DNA of 64,000 nt, from NCBI GenBank assembly GCA_044360115.1, contig JBIKKW010000001.1, positions 6,123 to 70,122 of the forward strand, given 5' to 3'. Below the pieces are notes generated by a model that saw nothing but the letters and a program-made list of their open reading frames with translations, did no database searches and was not told where the DNA came from. The stretch comes from Bacteroidia bacterium (GTDB lineage: Bacteria; Bacteroidota; Bacteroidia; B-17B0; Aurantibacillaceae). Position 1 is the first letter of the stretch, and every line of letters begins with the position of its first letter. This document shows, in pieces, positions 57,487-64,000 of the stretch. A program made the translations under genes and the position numbers.

Positions 57487-59493
57487 GTGAGCACTGATAA
57501 AAAAGAACTTAACGTAGCGTTACTCGGCAATCCGAACGCCGGAAAATCAACCTTGTTTAATGGCCTCACCGGATTAAATCAAAAAACAGGAAACTATACC
57601 GGTGTAACGGTAGATAAATTAGAAGGGCGATTCAAGATCGGTGAACAAACCATTAATCTGATCGATCTTCCGGGAACCTACAGTTTGTTCTCGAAATCCA
57701 TTGATGAAGAGGTAGCTGTTTCAACTTTGCTTTCTGAAAAAGAAAGAACGGATGTGGTGGTTTTGGTGCTTGATTCAACCAACTTAAAACGAAATTTATT
57801 ACTGGCCACTCAAACCCTTGATATGGGCATGAGAACAGTAGTTGTTTTGAATATGTATGATGAAGCCGTTTCGCAAAACATAGAGATCAACATTCCAAAG
57901 CTACAAGAGTTGTTAGGTGTTTCAGTTATTCCGGTTGATTCGAGAAGCAAAGAAGGCATAGATAAATTGAAAGCAGCTATAATCGAGGCAAAACCATCGA
58001 GTGCTAAATTTTATGATCTACAAACTAAAAAAACATATTTACAACAGGTATTCGAACAATTTATTTTAAATGGTAAAGAAAAAGAAGATCTTTTGAAATG
58101 GGAAGAAGAAGATAAGATCTATCGCTTTAAGAACATCAAATACATTTATGGCCTCTGTGTAAAAACCCCGGCCGAACTGCGCTTGAAAGAACTCACTTCA
58201 AAAATTGATAAGGTATTAACCCATAAGATATTTGGATACGCTGTTTTCTTATTCATCCTTTTCATCATCTTTCAATTTATTTTTTATGTGGCTGAATATC
58301 CGATGATGTGGATAGAAGAGGGCTTTATGAAAATTAGTGCTGTAGCTAAAACCAGCATGCCGCAAGGGATGTTGAATGATCTGTTAACCGACGGTGTTAT
58401 TGCAGGGATTAGTGGTGTGTTGATGTTTGTACCGCAAATTACGTTCTTGTTTGTGTTTATTGCCTTGCTTGAAGACTCCGGCTACATGGCGCGTGCCAGT
58501 TTTATAATGGATAAGCTCATGCGCAAGTTTGGATTGAACGGTCGATCGGTTATCCCCATCATCAGTGCCACGGCATGTGCGGTTCCATCTATTTTATCTA
58601 CGCGCTCTATCAGTAATTTTAAAGAACGATTGATCACCATTTTTGTGTTGCCATTAGTAAGTTGCTCGGCGCGTTTACCTGTTTACACCTTGCTAATAGC
58701 CATGATGTTTCCGGATAGCATGGTGTTTGGCGTGTTGAATTTAAAAGGCGTGGTTTTGTTTGGTTTATACTTATTGGGGTTTGTATTCACCTTGATCACA
58801 GCATTTGTGATGCAAAAATTATTAAAGACCAAAGAGGCATCCTTTTTTATGATGGAGATGCCTATTTACCGTTGGCCGTTGTTTAAGAATGTAGCATTAT
58901 CTGTGATCAATAAAGTAAAAGTGTTTGTGTTTGATGCCGGAAAAATAATTGTAGCCATTTCAATCATCCTTTGGTTCATGAGCAATTTTGGTCCGGGTAA
59001 CAAATTAAATGAACTAGATCAACAAAAAACACAATTAGAACAATCACAACAATTAACTCCGGAGTTGAATAAAAAATTAGAAAGTGAAAAGTTAGAGAAC
59101 TCCTATATTGGTTATGTTGGAAAAGCTATGGAGCCTGCTATCCGTCCGCTTGGTTACGACTGGAAAATAGGTATTGCCATTGTTACATCTTTTGCGGCGC
59201 GCGAAGTTTTTGTTGGAACCATGGCAACTATTTATGGTGCGAGTGATAATGAGGATGAAGAAAGTATCAAAGAAAAATTAATGAATGAGAAAAATGCAGA
59301 TGGCACATTAACCTATTCGTTGGCCGTGTGTTTTAGTTTGGTGGTGTTTTATGTATTTGCCATGCAATGCATCAGCACCATTGCCACCGTAAAACGTGAA
59401 ACCAAAAGCTGGAAGTGGCCCTTATTGCAATTCGTTTATTTAACCGTGTTGGCTTATGCCAGTGCGTGGGTTACGTATGTTGTTTTGAAGTAA
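57487..59493 (+). CDS. feoB: Ferrous iron transport protein B
   Basis: GNPNAGKST, GNYTGVTV, DLPGTYS, gate and TM domains. Confidence 0.97.
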   Translation: MSTDKKELNVALLGNPNAGKSTLFNGLTGLNQKTGNYTGVTVDKLEGRFKIGEQTINLIDLPGTYSLFSKSIDEEVAVSTLLSEKERTDVVVLVLDSTNLKRNLLLATQTLDMGMRTVVVLNMYDEAVSQNIEINIPKLQELLGVSVIPVDSRSKEGIDKLKAAIIEAKPSSAKFYDLQTKKTYLQQVFEQFILNGKEKEDLLKWEEEDKIYRFKNIKYIYGLCVKTPAELRLKELTSKIDKVLTHKIFGYAVFLFILFIIFQFIFYVAEYPMMWIEEGFMKISAVAKTSMPQGMLNDLLTDGVIAGISGVLMFVPQITFLFVFIALLEDSGYMARASFIMDKLMRKFGLNGRSVIPIISATACAVPSILSTRSISNFKERLITIFVLPLVSCSARLPVYTLLIAMMFPDSMVFGVLNLKGVVLFGLYLLGFVFTLITAFVMQKLLKTKEASFFMMEMPIYRWPLFKNVALSVINKVKVFVFDAGKIIVAISIILWFMSNFGPGNKLNELDQQKTQLEQSQQLTPELNKKLESEKLENSYIGYVGKAMEPAIRPLGYDWKIGIAIVTSFAAREVFVGTMATIYGASDNEDEESIKEKLMNEKNADGTLTYSLAVCFSLVVFYVFAMQCISTIATVKRETKSWKWPLLQFVYLTVLAYASAWVTYVVLK

Positions 59494-59595
59494 TCGTTTT
59501 TTAACCGCAGAGCTCCGACAATTATTAGAACGCTAAAAAAATCCAAATTACATTTCTTCGTATTAAAAGCACAGAAGGTCTAATGGTCTCGCAGA

Positions 59596-60149
59596 GTTTG
59601 AGATTGCTTCGCTACGCTCGCAATGACGTTTGGTGTGAAATTGTTTCATTCATAATTACAAGGCAGATGAAAAAAACTACTCGTCATTGCGAGGAGGAAC
59701 GACGAAGCAATCTCAAACACAGAACAATTAATATTGCTACAAATTGAAGCAATAATTCCATTGTGTTTATTATAATTTTGTTCCCCTTAAAATAATGAAA
59801 CATGAAGAGAGGAGGCGCCGTTTATATGTTAACAAACAGCAGTAATACTACGCTTTATACGGGTGTCACATCAAATATTGTAAGGCGATTATACGAGCAT
59901 CGCAATGCCGCATTTAAAAAGAGTTTTACATCTAAATACGCTTTAACTAAACTAGTGTATTATGAAGTTCATTTAAGCATTGAAGATGCAATTGCTAGAG
60001 AAAAACAAATTAAAGGCGGTAGTCGTACTAAAAAAGAGAATCTAATACTATCAATAAATCCCAATTGGTATGATCTTTCAAAAGAAGTTGGTGTAGAATA
60101 GATCTTCCAAATCGTTGTGTGAGATTGCTTCGCTGCGCTCGCAATGACG
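59596..60149. mobile_element. Putative REP-bounded GIY-YIG nuclease element
   Basis: Three related CGTC-tagged palindromes (59596-59628, 59682-59718 inverted, 60120-60149) around a lone GIY-YIG gene between housekeeping genes. Confidence 0.6.
59802..60101 (+). CDS. Stand-alone GIY-YIG nuclease (YhbQ/SLX1-like)
   Basis: AVYML...LYTGVT...RRLYEH...AIAREKQIK...NPNW. Confidence 0.93.
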   Translation: MKRGGAVYMLTNSSNTTLYTGVTSNIVRRLYEHRNAAFKKSFTSKYALTKLVYYEVHLSIEDAIAREKQIKGGSRTKKENLILSINPNWYDLSKEVGVE

Positions 60150-60202
60150 AAGGACGTGAGAATTCTTATAAAACTGGCGATAAAAAATTAGCCGAATTCC
60201 TT

Positions 60203-62215
60203 TTAAATCAAACCCTTCAACACATCATCATCCACCTCGTTTGCCCAGGTAACTTTTAAATTTGGTGTGCGTTCCATTTCACGCTTAATGGCAAATTGAG
60301 CTTCTTTATTGCGTGCCCAGCTTCTGCGGGCAATTCCATTATTCACATCCCAAAACAACATTTGTTCCAAACGTCTGTCTGCATCTGCACTACCATCCAA
60401 CACCAAACCAAAACCGCCGTTTATCACTTCGCCCCAACCTACTCCACCGCCGTTATGCAAACTTATCCAAGTGGCTCCTCTGAATGCATCACCCACAAAA
60501 TTTTGCACAGCCATATCCGCCGTAAATTTACTGCCATCGTAAATGTTAGACGTTTCGCGGTACGGCGAATCGGTTCCGCTCACATCATGATGATCGCGAC
60601 CTAACACAACAGGTGCCGAAATTTTTCCTTCACGAATAGCTTTATTAATTGCTTGCGCCACTTTTATACGTCCTTCGCTATCAGCATATAAAATGCGGGC
60701 TTGCGAACCAACCACTAAATTATTTTGCATGGCATCTTTGATCCATACAATGTTGTCGTTCAATTGTTGTTTGATCTCTTCCGGTGCTGTTTTATAAATT
60801 CCGGTCAAAACTTCTTCAGCCAGTTTATCGGTCATGGCAAGATCTTCCGATTTGGCTGAGGTACATACCCATCTAAAAGGACCAAAACCATAATCAAAAC
60901 ACATTGGGCCTAAAATATCTTGTACGTAAGAATTATATTTAAAATCGCCAGCCTTTCCATTCTTGAACACATCGCCACCGGCACGTGATACTTCCAATAA
61001 GAATGCATTGCCATAATCAAAGAAATACATGCCTTTAGCAGCAAATGAATTCACGGCGTTAATATGACGAACCAATGTTTTTTGAACCTCTTGCTTAAAA
61101 CGAGCCGGTTCCTCTGCCATCATCTTATTGCTTTCTTCTAATGAAAAGCCTGCAGGATAATAACCGCCGGCCCACGGATTATGCAAGGATGTTTGGTCAG
61201 AACCAATATCAACCATCATGTTCTCTTTCAACAATCGTTCCCAAAGATCTACTACATTTCCTTGATAGGCATAACTCTTAGCTTCATAACGTTCCTGTGA
61301 CTGACGAACGGCTTTTATTAAATTATCAAGGTTCTCATGCACTTCATCTACCCAACCTTGTGAATGACGGGTTTGAACAGCCTTTGGGTTAATTTCAGCA
61401 GTAATTGAAACCAAGCCTGCAATTTTTGCAGCTTTAGGTTGCGCACCGCTCATTCCGCCCAAGCCACAGGTCACAAATAATTTACCTTTACGTTCTACTT
61501 CCGTTTTAAATTTCTTACGGGCTGCATTCATAACTGTAATGGTAGTGCCGTGTACAATACCTTGCGGACCAATATACATAAAGCTTCCGGCGGTCATTTG
61601 GCCGTATTGCGTTACACCTAAGGCGTTGAATTTTTCCCAATCATCGGGCTTGCTGTAATTCGGTATCATCATGCCATTGGTAACCACAACACGCGGCGCA
61701 TCTTTATGTGAAGGAAATAATCCCATAGGGTGACCGCTATATAAAACAAGTGTTTGCTCATCTGTCATAGTAGCTAAGTACTGCATGGTAAGCAAATACT
61801 GCGCCCAGTTTTGAAATACGGCGCCATTTCCTCCATAGGTGATCAACTCGTGCGGATGTTGTGCTACCGCATAATCTAAATTGTTACTCAGCATGTGCAT
61901 GATGGCAGCTGCTTGTAAACTTTTGTGCGGATAATCTAAAATTGGGCGCGCGTAAATTTTATAATCGGGACGAAAACGATACATGTAAATTCGGCCGTAT
62001 GTATTTAACTCATTTAAGAATTCCTTTGCCAATACTGCATGATGCTTTGGATCAAAATAACGTAAAGCATTTTTTAGTGCCAGTTTTTTCTCTTCGTCAT
62101 TTAAAATGGCCTTACGTTTTGGCGCATGATTAATGTTTGATTCGTAAGGTTTAACTTCCGGTAATTGTGAAGGGATGCCTTGTAAAATATACGATTGAAA
62201 TTCTGTATTGGTCAT
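60203..62215 (-). CDS. hutU: Urocanate hydratase (long form)
   Basis: YGQMTAGSFMYIGPQGIVHGT, SDQTSLHN, GRDHHDVSG, LHNGGGVGWG. Confidence 0.97.
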   Translation of the reverse strand: MTNTEFQSYILQGIPSQLPEVKPYESNINHAPKRKAILNDEEKKLALKNALRYFDPKHHAVLAKEFLNELNTYGRIYMYRFRPDYKIYARPILDYPHKSLQAAAIMHMLSNNLDYAVAQHPHELITYGGNGAVFQNWAQYLLTMQYLATMTDEQTLVLYSGHPMGLFPSHKDAPRVVVTNGMMIPNYSKPDDWEKFNALGVTQYGQMTAGSFMYIGPQGIVHGTTITVMNAARKKFKTEVERKGKLFVTCGLGGMSGAQPKAAKIAGLVSITAEINPKAVQTRHSQGWVDEVHENLDNLIKAVRQSQERYEAKSYAYQGNVVDLWERLLKENMMVDIGSDQTSLHNPWAGGYYPAGFSLEESNKMMAEEPARFKQEVQKTLVRHINAVNSFAAKGMYFFDYGNAFLLEVSRAGGDVFKNGKAGDFKYNSYVQDILGPMCFDYGFGPFRWVCTSAKSEDLAMTDKLAEEVLTGIYKTAPEEIKQQLNDNIVWIKDAMQNNLVVGSQARILYADSEGRIKVAQAINKAIREGKISAPVVLGRDHHDVSGTDSPYRETSNIYDGSKFTADMAVQNFVGDAFRGATWISLHNGGGVGWGEVINGGFGLVLDGSADADRRLEQMLFWDVNNGIARRSWARNKEAQFAIKREMERTPNLKVTWANEVDDDVLKGLI

Positions 62216-62240
62216 AATTTAATGCTCTTTTAGTAATGCT

Positions 62241-62414
62241 TTACTCTTCTTTTTTCTTATCAAACTTGCCGGTCTTTTTATTATAACCGTAAGGGCAATG
62301 TTTGCAACCGCTTTTACAGCAATACCCCCTTTTTAAATGGTACTTTTCTGTAAAAACAATGTAGCCCTCGGGACTCATGTAATAATCTTCAGGATCTAAT
62401 TCCTTCTTGAACAT
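62241..62414 (-). CDS. DUF5522-like small Cys-rich protein
   Basis: DYY...G.IVFTEKYHLKRGYCCKSGCKHCPY; likely ATG at 62414. Confidence 0.85.
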   Translation of the reverse strand: MFKKELDPEDYYMSPEGYIVFTEKYHLKRGYCCKSGCKHCPYGYNKKTGKFDKKKEE

Positions 62415-62449
62415 AATTGCAAAGATAAATTTTAAAGCTGTATTTTGGT

Positions 62450-62457
62450 TATATTTG
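62450..62457 (+). promoter_or_regulatory. -7 promoter box for murI
   Basis: TATATTTG, 11 nt before the ATG. Confidence 0.6.
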
Positions 62458-62468
62458 TTTCGGAATAA

Positions 62469-63314
62469 ATGACGCAACAATTACCCTTAAGTGCAGCTCC
62501 CGGACCAATTGGTGTATTTGATTCAGGATACGGCGGACTAACTATTTTAAAGGAAATAGTAAAGGAATTGCCACAATACGACTACTTGTATTTGGGAGAT
62601 AATGCCCGTGCACCATACGGCACAAGAAGTTTTGAAACCGTTTATCAATACACCTTGGAGTGCGTGAATGAATTGTTTGCAAAAGGCTGTCATTTGGTTA
62701 TTCTTGCCTGTAACACGGCTTCAGCAAAGGCTTTACGCAATATACAACAAAAAGATCTGCCAAATATTGATGCAAGCAGAAGGGTGTTAGGTGTTATCAG
62801 ACCAACAACGGAGATCGTAGGAAATTTATCGAAAACAAAACATGTGGGTGTACTTGGAACTACGGGTACCGTTGTTTCAAATTCTTATCCTATTGAGATC
62901 GAAAAATTCTTTCCTGAACTTAAAGTATATCAGGAAGCTTGCCCAATGTGGGTTCCGCTGATCGAGAACAATGAGTTCAATAACGAGGGATCAAATTATT
63001 TCGTTCAAAAAAACGTACAGCATTTGTTATCTCAATCCAGCGAAATAGATACGATCATTTTAGGATGCACACATTATCCGTTATTGATCAATAAGATCAA
63101 ACAATACATACCGCAACACATCACTTTATTACCACAAGGTGAAATTGTTGCCAAAGGATTAAAGGATTATTTACAACGTCATAAAGAAATGGATGCCAAG
63201 TGTACAAAAAACGGCACACTTGAATTTTATACCACCGAAACACCGGAAAACTTCAACTCACAAGCAGGAAAATTTTTTGGGAAAGAGATCAGTGCAAAGC
63301 ACCTTTCGCTATAA
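62469..63314 (+). CDS. murI: Glutamate racemase
   Basis: IGVFDSGYGG, PYG, ACNTAS, LGCTHYP. Confidence 0.97.
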   Translation: MTQQLPLSAAPGPIGVFDSGYGGLTILKEIVKELPQYDYLYLGDNARAPYGTRSFETVYQYTLECVNELFAKGCHLVILACNTASAKALRNIQQKDLPNIDASRRVLGVIRPTTEIVGNLSKTKHVGVLGTTGTVVSNSYPIEIEKFFPELKVYQEACPMWVPLIENNEFNNEGSNYFVQKNVQHLLSQSSEIDTIILGCTHYPLLINKIKQYIPQHITLLPQGEIVAKGLKDYLQRHKEMDAKCTKNGTLEFYTTETPENFNSQAGKFFGKEISAKHLSL

Positions 63315-63998
63315 TTAAAACTGGTATCCAACAACCAATATGCCTTCGAGGAAACCAAATTTATGGCTCACTTTACCGTTGCCTTTACCAACAGCAAATG
63401 CATTTATATAATTGGCCCAGCCGCCTTTACCGGAAAATTCAATTACCACATGTTTGTAAAACTCGGCGTGCAAGGCCATTTCAAGGCCGGTACTTATTCC
63501 TGATACTTTCCAGTTGTTGTTTAAGTTATGTCCAAATAAAGTCACGTCTGTTCGCGGTACCACAATTCCAAAACCCGCTTTCATTACATAACTGAATTTA
63601 AAATTGCTGTTCTTTGGGTAATAGATCTTATTGCGCTTCATGTAATTCACCATCCAAAAATTAGCGCCATCGGTGTGTTCAAAATGAAAATAACGTCTGT
63701 CTAATACCGAATCCTTATCTACATACTGTCCGTTTATTGCGCCTTTAAAATGCACTACTTGGTCATCTGTTACAACATATTTTGTGTGATCGTAATTGAT
63801 CTCAATTCCTTCATCGTTCTTATTATTGAACCACAATCCTAGTCGAATATTGTATTGCGGGATGGTAGGATTCAACACATCGTTGATCTGATCAAAATCC
63901 GGTTTATCATGCGCTTTTGCATCAATGATCTTAAAATCATACGGACCATATTCATTTCCAACCGTTCCATCGTTTTTAAAATGAATGGTGCTGGTTGT
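63315..63998 (-). CDS. Hypothetical outer-membrane beta-barrel-like protein (5' end beyond the window)
   Basis: Frame stays open from the track start (63878) to the window end; alternating beta strands ending in ...VVGYQF. Confidence 0.75.
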   Translation of the reverse strand, partial: TTSTIHFKNDGTVGNEYGPYDFKIIDAKAHDKPDFDQINDVLNPTIPQYNIRLGLWFNNKNDEGIEINYDHTKYVVTDDQVVHFKGAINGQYVDKDSVLDRRYFHFEHTDGANFWMVNYMKRNKIYYPKNSNFKFSYVMKAGFGIVVPRTDVTLFGHNLNNNWKVSGISTGLEMALHAEFYKHVVIEFSGKGGWANYINAFAVGKGNGKVSHKFGFLEGILVVGYQF

Positions 63999-64000
63999 AT

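Noticed and set aside
59500-59596. CGCAGAG occurring twice before the first REP
   Set aside because: A 7-bp match without a complementary arm; insufficient support.
60203-62215. Long eukaryote-like HutU apart from other hut genes
   Set aside because: The long form and dispersed hut genes are ordinary for Bacteroidota to my knowledge.

Overview
AT-rich chromosomal window from an aerobic Bacteroidota bacterium. Evidence for the lineage: TAnnTTTG promoter boxes, type IX secretion (T9SS) cargo proteins, rprXY, and a short NuoG. Most of the window is housekeeping: TolC (partial), engB, S41 protease, rnpA, an unannotated THX-type ribosomal protein, RsmB-family methylase, kup, YifB/ComM, tig, rprXY, mscL, a complete nuoA-N operon, pepP, gmk, paaABC, dxs, feoAB, hutU and murI. 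No tRNA, rRNA, CRISPR array, prophage or classical transposase was seen. The unusual signals are small-scale. (1) A four-helix-bundle (IVS/Avd-like) gene sits inside the nuo operon between perfect 12-bp inverted arms built from 7-nt repeats, and one junction away the same two arms lie fused with no gene (an apparent empty site). (2) A GIY-YIG nuclease gene is bracketed by CGTC-tagged REP-like palindromes; related REPs elsewhere in the window carry short hairpins inserted at an equivalent position. (3) A C-type-lectin T9SS cargo gene abuts nuoF inside the complex I operon. (4) A leader motif (ATG-AAA-TAA mini-ORF plus hairpin) occurs twice, upstream of adjacent genes. (5) An orphan structured RNA candidate lies at about 9.82-9.90 kb. 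All family calls are from motif recognition by eye; no searches were run.
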